From assembly GCA_026986575.1 (NCBI GenBank), contig JALSOH010000009.1:96001-160000 (forward strand): a stretch of DNA of 64,000 bases. Direction: 5' to 3'. Positions 29,351-37,714 of the stretch are shown piece after piece. Made by a program: the position numbers and the translations under genes. Origin of the DNA: Thermoproteota archaeon (GTDB lineage Archaea; Korarchaeota; Korarchaeia; Korarchaeales; Korarchaeaceae). The notes beneath the pieces are model-generated. The model made no database searches. It had not been told where the DNA came from and was given only the letters and a program-made list of their open reading frames with translations. The stretch's first letter is position 1. Each line of letters starts with the position of its first letter.

Positions 29351-29382
29351 ATTTTTGGTTCATATGGGAGAGAAGACGAGGG

Positions 29383-31815
29383 ATGAAGAGAGCCCTGCTC
29401 CTAGCGTTAATAGCCATCACCCTGCTCCACGCCAGAGCGCAGATACCGGGCATCGAGGTGGCATTGGAACCTAGTACCATCGGTCCATCCGGCCTAGTCA
29501 ACGTCACGGTGGCCTTGACCGGTGGATTGCCCCAAGGCACGTACTACACCGTGAAGGTGGAGGTAATAGATGATGGAACGCTGATCCGGAAGGAGAGATC
29601 CTTTGTCTCCACAGGTACGTCTGAGGTGCATCACTTCTCACTCACGGCGCCCTCTAAACCCGGCGTTTATCCAGTGAGGGTGATCCTCTCCTACCCCAAC
29701 GCTAATGTGACCGAGAACGTGACCCTGACCGTGATCCCCACCTTGAGGGATGTCACGCAGCTGGCAACCTCCCTCGCCGATTTGGACGACAAATTGGACA
29801 AGCTGAAGGCGGTCAGGCTGAACGAGACCGAGCTCTCAGCCCTTCTCACTAAGAGAGCTGAGATGGCGGAGCAGTTCGGTGAGCTCGTTAGGCTCCTTGT
29901 GGAGGGGAGGGAACCTCTCAGGGCCGCGGAGCTCTACGGGAACATTTCCTCGACGATGGAGGAGATGAACGAACGAATAAGGAAGCTGTGGAGCATAGAG
30001 CTTGTTGTCTGGTCTGTATCGAGCAGCATGGACTCCTCCCTTAAGATGCCCACCGGCATAAGCGTCGAGTTCTGGTATAGGTTGGTGACCGCCTCCCTCT
30101 GGGTCATACTCCTCCTGCTCGCTCTCTTCCCTCTCTACACCACCGGCTACATAACACTCACCTATTACTTGGTTTCGGAGATGGAGGAGGCGGAGAGCAG
30201 CGAGGTGATAAACGAGGCTAACCAGAGGGCCCTCAGAATACTGGAAAGGGCTTTTGATCAGATAAAGGAGGTCTCGGATCCCAAATCGATGATAATGACG
30301 TCTCTAGCCAGCGCTCTAGCTGCCGTGGGACTGATGGCGGACAACGTGTACGCGATCATAGGCTCGATGCTCCTCTCCCCCCTGATGGGCGCCATCGTGG
30401 CCGGGGCTGTAGGGTTAGCTCTCATAGACGTGAGGAGGGAGGAGGTCACTGGTTTGGACCTCTTCTACACCGGACTGAAGGTGGGGTTGGAGGGCCTCCT
30501 CTTGGTAATCGTTCTCTCTTGGATGACTTCGGCCCTCGCTGGTTCCTACGTCCCCCTCCAGATCACGAGGGAGCTGGCCGCTAGGGGAAGCCCTAATCTG
30601 GTTGATCTGGCCATAGCCTTGGCTGCGGGATTCGCCGGCTCAGTTGCCATGATGCACGAAAGGGCTGAGGCTGCGCTGGTAGGTTCGGCCATAGCCATAG
30701 CTCTAGTACCACCGGCCGCCGCCGTGGGAGTGTCGCTGGCGATGCTCAACCCCTCGCTCTTCGTTGGCTCTGCCACCTTGGTAGCTGTGAACGTGATCGC
30801 CTTGATAGCTGCTGGCTACATCTCGGCGAAGTTCTACGCCATATACCCCGTGATAGATCGCGTTTTCCATGAGTTCATGGAGTCCTTCAGTGAGGTGTCT
30901 GGAAGAGTTGCTAGGACGAGCGCTGAGGTCCTTTTGAGGGCCATGGGTTCCTTCATCGTGGCGGTCGTGTGGTTCCTCTCCCTCTGGGTGAAGGTGTCGG
31001 TGGGCCTGCTCGGGACCAAGTCCCCCGGAGAGGCCTTAAAGGCCATAGGCAGGAAAGTAGCTTTCGTTCTCCTGCCTATAGTCCTGAGCTGGCTGTTTGG
31101 CGTCGTGATTTCTACCAATGCCTCCGCCCTCTTCTCAATCGCTCACGACTCCCTCCTTGGAATTATCGCTTTTATATCCTCCATCCTCCCCCTCAGTCTG
31201 TTAACACCCAATGTGGCTTTCTTCCTCGCTCTCATTGCCTCGGCAGCCTTCCTCAGGCTGATGACCCTCGAGGCGGTGAGGGCCAGGGAGACCGGAAGCT
31301 GGAAGAGCAGGGCCAGGGTCTTTGGCTATGCTTTCCTGTTCTGGCTCACGTCCGGCTACATCTTGGGAATCAACAGGTTCACCCACGTCAGTGCAGGATA
31401 TACACTTCTCGTCATAGCGTTCGTCACCGTTTATTCGAACAAGTTCCTCTGGGAGAGGAGGAAGAGGATCGCCCTCTACGCCTTCATAATCTTCACATTC
31501 CTCACCCTCATGATCCACAGCGCCGCGGCGTTCGAGTCGATGAGGGCTGCTGAGACCCTCTCGACGGGCAATGTGATGAAGGTTGTGAAGGAGATAATCG
31601 CCTCCTATGCTGGCGTGTTGCCGGAGAATGTTAACGTTTCCCTGACCTCTAGAGGGGCGGAGTGGGTGCTTAGAGCCAAGATATATGTGAGCGAGACGAG
31701 GTTCAAACAGGGACCGGTGATGACCCCCGCGGTGGTGAAGGCAGCTGAGGAAACGGTGAGACACGCCTTGGGAACGGATGTGAGGCTGGTGGTGGAGTAC
31801 GCCCTGACACCCTAA
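29383..31815 (+). CDS. DUF389-domain membrane protein with extra N-terminal ectodomain/coiled coil and extra C-terminal TM block
   Basis: DUF389 core IIGSMLLSPLMG, RGSPNLVDLAIALAAG, GSAIAIALVPPAAAVG; signal peptide and Ig-like N-terminus. Confidence 0.8.
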   Translation: MKRALLLALIAITLLHARAQIPGIEVALEPSTIGPSGLVNVTVALTGGLPQGTYYTVKVEVIDDGTLIRKERSFVSTGTSEVHHFSLTAPSKPGVYPVRVILSYPNANVTENVTLTVIPTLRDVTQLATSLADLDDKLDKLKAVRLNETELSALLTKRAEMAEQFGELVRLLVEGREPLRAAELYGNISSTMEEMNERIRKLWSIELVVWSVSSSMDSSLKMPTGISVEFWYRLVTASLWVILLLLALFPLYTTGYITLTYYLVSEMEEAESSEVINEANQRALRILERAFDQIKEVSDPKSMIMTSLASALAAVGLMADNVYAIIGSMLLSPLMGAIVAGAVGLALIDVRREEVTGLDLFYTGLKVGLEGLLLVIVLSWMTSALAGSYVPLQITRELAARGSPNLVDLAIALAAGFAGSVAMMHERAEAALVGSAIAIALVPPAAAVGVSLAMLNPSLFVGSATLVAVNVIALIAAGYISAKFYAIYPVIDRVFHEFMESFSEVSGRVARTSAEVLLRAMGSFIVAVVWFLSLWVKVSVGLLGTKSPGEALKAIGRKVAFVLLPIVLSWLFGVVISTNASALFSIAHDSLLGIIAFISSILPLSLLTPNVAFFLALIASAAFLRLMTLEAVRARETGSWKSRARVFGYAFLFWLTSGYILGINRFTHVSAGYTLLVIAFVTVYSNKFLWERRKRIALYAFIIFTFLTLMIHSAAAFESMRAAETLSTGNVMKVVKEIIASYAGVLPENVNVSLTSRGAEWVLRAKIYVSETRFKQGPVMTPAVVKAAEETVRHALGTDVRLVVEYALTP

Positions 31816-31824
31816 GGTGATGGC

Positions 31825-32826
31825 ATGCTGTGGATAGATGTGGTGAACGAACCTCACGTCAGGCTCTGGAGGAGGTTCCTCCGTAGGTATCCTCAGGAGG
31901 CGCTGGTGACGGTAAGGAGGAAGGGACCTCTGGTGGAACTGACCCGCAGGCTGCTGGGCCGGGACTTTCTGGTGGTAGGAAGGTGGGGTCGCACCAAGGA
32001 GGAAAAGCTCAGGGCTTTCGCCGAGAGGGTCAGGGAACTGGCCGAGTTGGTCGATGAACTGGATGTAAGTGTGGCCACCTCCAAAGGATCGGCGGAGCAG
32101 GCTAGAGTGGCCTTCGGGCTCGGAATTCCGTTCGTGGCCCTCAACGATAACGACCTGTCGCCTCACGTGATCACCAAGCTGACCTTCCCCCTCTCCACCG
32201 TCGCGGTGGTGCCGGAGTGCTTCCGAGGTCCGATCTACGGGCCCACTCTGAGGTTCAAGGGGATCTTCGAGGTATCACACGTCCTCGATTACCTTGAGGA
32301 GCCGACGAGGGAGGAACTCAGGCATCTGGGGCTAAGAGAGAGGGGATACGTTATAGTCAGACCCCCGCCCGTAGGATCCCATTACTTAGAAGTTGCGGAG
32401 CACTTCGAGGATGCGGTGAGCAGGCTACTCCTCTCTACGGGCTTGGATGAGGTCAGGATGCCGAGGGAAGGCGGGATCATCCTGCCCGACGGATCTAGGT
32501 ACGAGGGCGTGGTCGACGGATTGGATCTGATCTCCACCTCCGCCGGAGTCCTCTCCGGTGGGGGGACTATGATAAGGGAGGCGGCGCTCCTCGGCATTCC
32601 CGCGATATCCCTATTCCCTAGGGAGGAGCCGTGCGTCACCGAGGTTCTGATGAGGGAGGGCCTGATAGTTAAGGCCAGGGAGGACACCGTGATCAGGGCC
32701 TACGAGAGGTTGCTGGAGGACATGAGCTCAGGCGAGCTCGAGAGGAGGGCTAAGAGGTTCCTCAAATCGGTCGGCGACCCTCTAGACACAGTTGCTAGGG
32801 CGCTAGAGGAGGCAGAGAGGTCTTGA
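31825..32826 (+). CDS. DUF354-family putative GT-B glycosyltransferase
   Basis: MLWIDVVNEPHV, GSAEQARVAFGLGIP, SGGGTMIREAALLGIPAIS. Confidence 0.85.
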   Translation: MLWIDVVNEPHVRLWRRFLRRYPQEALVTVRRKGPLVELTRRLLGRDFLVVGRWGRTKEEKLRAFAERVRELAELVDELDVSVATSKGSAEQARVAFGLGIPFVALNDNDLSPHVITKLTFPLSTVAVVPECFRGPIYGPTLRFKGIFEVSHVLDYLEEPTREELRHLGLRERGYVIVRPPPVGSHYLEVAEHFEDAVSRLLLSTGLDEVRMPREGGIILPDGSRYEGVVDGLDLISTSAGVLSGGGTMIREAALLGIPAISLFPREEPCVTEVLMREGLIVKAREDTVIRAYERLLEDMSSGELERRAKRFLKSVGDPLDTVARALEEAERS

Positions 32827-33203
32827 GATCTCGCCTGAGGATCTCCATATTAAGAGAAAGCTCCGGACAGCCGCTGAGACTCTCACAGGTCGAGAAGACG
32901 GAGCTCCTGAAGATACACTCCTTCATGAGGAGGTTGAGGGACCGGTTTCCGGACGCCCAGCTGGTGATCTCGGGCCCCAATCTTCACGTGACCCTCCCCA
33001 TACCGGATGACCCTGAGGAGTTCGAGGCCATAATCTCGCCACTAGCCAATAGGGTCAGGGTGATCGTGCTCCTTTGGTCGCCCCGCATATCTTGCTACTT
33101 GGATCTGTGCGCTAACCTGTTAGCCGCCTGCGAGAACCACTTAGTAGTGGAGGGAGACAACGATCTCGTTGAAGAGGTCGCCAGACTGTGGAGAACGGCT
33201 TGA
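32823..33203 (+). CDS. Hypothetical protein
   Basis: 126-aa ORF overlapping the DUF354 stop by 4 nt and ending 10 nt before the convergent gene; host-like codon usage. Confidence 0.55.
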   Translation: MRSRLRISILRESSGQPLRLSQVEKTELLKIHSFMRRLRDRFPDAQLVISGPNLHVTLPIPDDPEEFEAIISPLANRVRVIVLLWSPRISCYLDLCANLLAACENHLVVEGDNDLVEEVARLWRTA

Positions 33204-33212
33204 TTCTGAGGA

Positions 33213-34688
33213 TCAGAAGGGGCCCGCTCTGTAGCCCAGTCCTTCTTTCTCCAACTCCCCCCACTCGAACCTCTTTCCCTTAGCTCTGGCGATGAAGGTG
33301 TCCAGTAGGGCCTTCACCATCCAGGCCTCGTGCATCTGCTTGTACCCGACGACGAATAAGGGTAGGATCGCCAGGGTTATGTCCTCCTCCCCAGCGATCT
33401 GCAGTGAGAGGAGGAATATGAGGAACTGCATGAAGGAGAAAAGGATGAACTGCATTAGCAGGGGTATGAACCGACCGTGAATCAGGCCTAGAGCTAGGGA
33501 GAAGAGGACCGCCACATCCACCAGCGGGATTACGATGAGCTGCATGATCAACGCAGGAAACACCAGCCTCTGCAGGTATCCGTACCTCAGATTTAATAGA
33601 GCGTCCCTGTGCTTCAGGAGGACCTCGAAAGCCCCCCTGTACCACCTCATCCTCTGCCTGTACAGATCCCTGAGCTTCTTAGGCACTTCCGTAAATGCAA
33701 CGGCCAGGGAGCTGGCTTGCACTATCCTACCCGTCTTCAGCGCCTTTATAGTGATGTCAAAATCCTCGGTCACGACGTCCGTGTCGTACATCCCTGTGGA
33801 GCGAAGGACTTCCCTCCTGAATCCTCCGAATGATCCCGAGATTATCATGACGGCGCCGAACACGTCAAGCGCCCTCCTAGCGAAGTTGAAGCTGAGGATG
33901 TACTCTATGGCCTGAAGCTTCGTGAGGAGGTTCACCCTATTCCTGACCAGTACGTTACCCGAGACTGCGGAGACCTCGGGGTCTTGGAACCTCCTCACCA
34001 GCTCGGTTATGGACCTCCTGCCCACCAGCGTGTCTGCATCCACTACCACTATCACATCTCCCTTTGCGAACCTCATGCCGAAGTTCAGGGCCGAGGCCTT
34101 CCCTCTACCCCCGTGCTCCTTCCTGAGCACCTTGACCTTCTTGCTGACGTACCTCGACGCGATCTCGAATGTCCTGTCTGTTGAGGCATCATCCACCACT
34201 ATCACCTCCTTGGGCTCGTAATCGGTTTCGAGGATGGATTCTATCGTCGCTGCAATGGTCCTCTCCTCGTTTCTGGCCGGAACTATGACGGAGACCAGCG
34301 GCCGGTAGAGGAGAGGCCTTCCGACCTCTTGGAGCTCCCTGTACTTGTGGTAGATGGCGAGGGGAGACATGAGCATGTAGTTCCAGGTTATGAGGGTCAG
34401 TCCGAAGGCTAGCAGGGAGTTCAATAGCCCGGGAAACTTGGCGTATCCCTCGTAGAGGACGACGGCAGCCAATGCAATGGGCACGATCACCATGAGGATG
34501 GAGAGCTCCGTAAGCCCTCTCTTGAAGCTGAGCCCCCTCTTTCCCCTCCTGAAGGCCTCAGCCAAGTAATAGAGAGTGAGGGCCGAAGCTATTAGGAGGG
34601 AAACTATGGTAAGTCTCCCAGGTATCACCAGCGGGATCAGGGCGATACTGATGTAGAGCGTCACAACGGTGAGGTAAATCCTCCACAC
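33213..34688 (-). CDS. Processive GT2 polysaccharide synthase (PgaC/IcaA/cellulose-synthase-like)
   Basis: VIVPARNEE, VVDDAS, GKASALN, DAD, TED and QRMRW (D,D,D,QxxRW); N- and C-terminal TM helices. Confidence 0.9.
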   Translation of the reverse strand: MWRIYLTVVTLYISIALIPLVIPGRLTIVSLLIASALTLYYLAEAFRRGKRGLSFKRGLTELSILMVIVPIALAAVVLYEGYAKFPGLLNSLLAFGLTLITWNYMLMSPLAIYHKYRELQEVGRPLLYRPLVSVIVPARNEERTIAATIESILETDYEPKEVIVVDDASTDRTFEIASRYVSKKVKVLRKEHGGRGKASALNFGMRFAKGDVIVVVDADTLVGRRSITELVRRFQDPEVSAVSGNVLVRNRVNLLTKLQAIEYILSFNFARRALDVFGAVMIISGSFGGFRREVLRSTGMYDTDVVTEDFDITIKALKTGRIVQASSLAVAFTEVPKKLRDLYRQRMRWYRGAFEVLLKHRDALLNLRYGYLQRLVFPALIMQLIVIPLVDVAVLFSLALGLIHGRFIPLLMQFILFSFMQFLIFLLSLQIAGEEDITLAILPLFVVGYKQMHEAWMVKALLDTFIARAKGKRFEWGELEKEGLGYRAGPF

Positions 34689-34700
34689 GCGAACACCCCT

Positions 34701-35726
34701 TCAGGGGGCGCCGTGGTCCTTCTCTAGGAGCTTCTCCCCAGCTACGAGCTCTCTCAGCATCTGGATCAATCTCTCGATCAGATCCTCGCGCCTAGAGGAT
34801 TCAATCAGCGTAATTCCGTACCTACGAGCAACGTCCCTCAACCTCTCATCCAACGAGGACGGAATCGCGAGTATCCAGTACTTGGCGTTGGCGTCGAATG
34901 CCTTCGCGAAGAACCTCAGCAAATCCTCTTCCCTCAGCTGCTTCCCGGGAGGGACGATATCAATAACCGCCACAGGTATCGGCTCGTCTGAGGACCTGAT
35001 CACGAAAGTAAAACTTTGCTCTATGCCCGAGACGCCCTTAACCTTGGCTCCCGGGCCCTCTACAGTTATGCCGAGTTCAAGTAACCTGTCGGCCATCTCA
35101 CTGAGGAAGGACGCCTCCTCCAGAGATCTTACCCTCTCTGGGACGACCCTGTAGCGGTATACCCTCGCGATCCTCAGGTCCTTAATGGAGTTCTCCTTAC
35201 CACAGTCGGCACACACGAACTTGAGCTCAGGCAGGGAGAAGAACTCCCCGCAGTCAGAGCACAGATAGATGTCGGCAGTCCTGAGGTAGTCCACCCCAAT
35301 AGCCCTGAGCTTCTTCCCGCATTTGGGACAGACCATCTCTCCACTGGGGGTCTTGAAGTCCGTCTCCGGTCCAGAATAGCCGCAGGCGAGATGCTCGATG
35401 ACCGTGGTCCTGCTAAAGTTGATCGATCCGCAGTAGGGACAGACGGGTCTGATAGTGAGCCTATGGGAGCCGCATCTCCCGCACACAGCGATATTATCGT
35501 GGAGCTCTGCCCTCAGGATACCTTCCCTTGTCAACTCCCTCAGGACATCCTCCACCCCCTCACAATCCCGAACCCCCATTTCCCCGAGCAAGGGACAGTA
35601 GGTGAAGCCCTCATCGGGATCGAAAACTGGAACTAGCTCTTGGAGGTCCCCCGAGAGTATAAGGTTCATCAGCCTTCTCTTGAGGGCGATCCTCCCCCGG
35701 TCCAATCCATCGTCCTTTACGGCCAT
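34701..35726 (-). CDS. TackOD1-type multi-zinc-ribbon protein with C-terminal restriction-endonuclease-like fold
   Basis: CGRC, CPYC, IEHLACGY, CPKCGKKLRAIGVDY, CSDC, CADC pattern; C-terminal VKGVSGIEQSFTF Mrr-like segment. Confidence 0.8.
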   Translation of the reverse strand: MAVKDDGLDRGRIALKRRLMNLILSGDLQELVPVFDPDEGFTYCPLLGEMGVRDCEGVEDVLRELTREGILRAELHDNIAVCGRCGSHRLTIRPVCPYCGSINFSRTTVIEHLACGYSGPETDFKTPSGEMVCPKCGKKLRAIGVDYLRTADIYLCSDCGEFFSLPELKFVCADCGKENSIKDLRIARVYRYRVVPERVRSLEEASFLSEMADRLLELGITVEGPGAKVKGVSGIEQSFTFVIRSSDEPIPVAVIDIVPPGKQLREEDLLRFFAKAFDANAKYWILAIPSSLDERLRDVARRYGITLIESSRREDLIERLIQMLRELVAGEKLLEKDHGAP

Positions 35727-35837
35727 CTTCGTTTACCGTACCCACGAGTAATATTAAGGATGTCGCGGTTTACCCTGAAAAAGAAGTCGGTATCCGAGCT
35801 TTTCAGGGACAGCCCCCTCGGGGAGGCGCCCTCGCCC

Positions 35838-36671
35838 TTACCGTCTCGGCGTGAGAACCAGCTCACAGTGCTCATCCCCCCTAGCGACGCACCTCTCCTC
35901 ATGAGATTCGTACTCGACCCCCATGATCTCCGACACCGCACCCTCTATTATACCCCTCACCATGCTGCATCCCACATCCTCACTGCTCTCCACGAGATTG
36001 GGATTCTCCTCTAATATTTCCTTGAGAGAAGTGCATTCAATGCATTCGTACTTTCTAACAACTATATCTTCGCCCCTCCTCTCCACCTCGGCAATCCCGT
36101 ACCCTAGGGATTGAAAGAGGGGTAAGGCGACCTTCTTCACCACCTCAAAGGGATCGTCGATCTCCAATTCCTCGGACAGGGATACATGCTTCCTCGAGAG
36201 CCCCCTCCCCATCCTCACGCCCACCTGATAGAGAATGCCAGAGGCAGCCCTCGGGCCTATAGCCTCTATCAGTCCCCTAATCAGCTCCTTCATGGCGGAC
36301 TTCCTCAGCATGACGATTCTCTCGCCGAAGACAGTGGGAGGGAATGAAGTGGTGTCCGCTATCAATCCCCTCGTCACGGGTTCGAAGATCCTCACTTCTC
36401 CGATGCTCTTAACGCCAGAGATCCTCTCCACGAGTTCCTGGGAGTCCACCTCCTTATCCGTGATGTCCACAACGAGGATCATCCTCGGCTCAGCACCCAC
36501 CGAATAGCCGTAGATGTAGTTTATGTTCAGCTCCATATCTTCTATTATCCCGGAGATCTCCCTTAGTAGTCCGGGTCTATCCTCCTTGAACGTGAGCGAG
36601 AGACCCAGGAAATCCCTACCGGGAGAGATGAGGACATTCCTAAACTCCAGAGGCTTGGGATCGTCCATCAT
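35838..36671 (-). CDS. ACT + V4R domain ligand-binding protein
   Basis: ACT: EDRPGLLREISGII...NINYI. V4R: LYQVGVRMG, LGYG, ECIEC, CSMVRGIIEG, EERCVARGDEHCEL. Confidence 0.85.
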   Translation of the reverse strand: MMDDPKPLEFRNVLISPGRDFLGLSLTFKEDRPGLLREISGIIEDMELNINYIYGYSVGAEPRMILVVDITDKEVDSQELVERISGVKSIGEVRIFEPVTRGLIADTTSFPPTVFGERIVMLRKSAMKELIRGLIEAIGPRAASGILYQVGVRMGRGLSRKHVSLSEELEIDDPFEVVKKVALPLFQSLGYGIAEVERRGEDIVVRKYECIECTSLKEILEENPNLVESSEDVGCSMVRGIIEGAVSEIMGVEYESHEERCVARGDEHCELVLTPRR

Positions 36672-36711
36672 CAATTACACCCGAAACATGTTGATGAAGG
36701 GGCTCATCGGT

Positions 36712-37515
36712 CTACGCCCTCTGTACCAACCTAAGCTCGCAATAACCGTCCCCCGCAGCCATGCACTTGACCTCCTCAACCGAAACCTCCTTTCCCAAGA
36801 CGGATGTGAGGACACCAGCCCACATTCCCCTTATCAAGCTGCAGGAAGCCCTATCTGTTATACCGGCGACCTCACACTCTATGTTCCTGTAGAGCCTTAT
36901 CTCGCCGCCTTCTCGGGACAGGTGGAGTTCCGCCTCGCCGTAACCTAGGGTCTTAAAGAGGGGGACGGTCACCAGCTCGAGCACATCCTTCGGATCCTCG
37001 ATGCCGACAGATCTGGCGATCTTCTTGTGGTCCTCCCCAGCCCCCAAACCCATCTCGAACCCAATGTTGTAAAGCAAAGCGTCCGCTGCTTCGGGTCCTA
37101 TCCTCTTCGTGAGTTCATTCTTGGCGCTCCTCAGGAGGACATCCCTCATTATGGCAACCCTGTTGTCACCGACGTAGGCCGGAAAGTTCAGAGTATCTAT
37201 GAGCAGGCCCTCCCTTACTGGGAGGATCAGATCCACGTTTCCCACGCCCTCTATTCTGTTCAGTGCTTCCATTAACTCCTCGAAGTCCAGAGCAGATTCT
37301 GAAGCATCCAGGATGAGGAAGATAGTACCCTTACCGCCCTCGCTGACCTGCAGGTGGAGATAGAGGATGTCACCCCCTCTCTGGGCCACTGCTTGGGCTA
37401 CATCCCTCAGTATACCGACCCTGTTCTCGGTTATGTCCATCGAATAAGCTGCAAGCCTCCTGCCCGGACTGACTGCGTACCTGCCCAAGTTGATGGGCCT
37501 ATTCCTCCCCCTCAC
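36712..37515 (-). CDS. ACT + V4R domain ligand-binding protein (paralogue)
   Basis: ENRVGILRDVA...GDILYL; LYNIGFEMG, LGYG, NIEC, CSLIRG, EVKCMAAGDGYCEL. Start uncertain (ORF open to 37602); a TATA at about 37552-37560 favours GTG 37515. Confidence 0.85.
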   Translation of the reverse strand: MRGRNRPINLGRYAVSPGRRLAAYSMDITENRVGILRDVAQAVAQRGGDILYLHLQVSEGGKGTIFLILDASESALDFEELMEALNRIEGVGNVDLILPVREGLLIDTLNFPAYVGDNRVAIMRDVLLRSAKNELTKRIGPEAADALLYNIGFEMGLGAGEDHKKIARSVGIEDPKDVLELVTVPLFKTLGYGEAELHLSREGGEIRLYRNIECEVAGITDRASCSLIRGMWAGVLTSVLGKEVSVEEVKCMAAGDGYCELRLVQRA

Positions 37516-37714
37516 AACCCTCAGCCCCCGATCGAGCAACCTTTGTATTCGCATATAAAAGATCCGGTATAATATAGAAACAAACTCAACAATTCTCATC
37601 AAACTTTAAAGAATTATGGGATGCACTGAAAATTTAGTCTGTGAGGGAAACTGCATCTCTCGAGAGCTGGGGGAAATCTAATTTACTGGCCGTGTGTCTT
37701 GGAGAGGTGATAGC

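Noticed and set aside
31201-32166. Long antisense ORFs (this 321-aa one, also 28043..28738, 44524..45114, 5214..5693 and others)
   Set aside because: They are shadows of well-supported genes on the opposite strand or in another frame, as expected with this codon bias.
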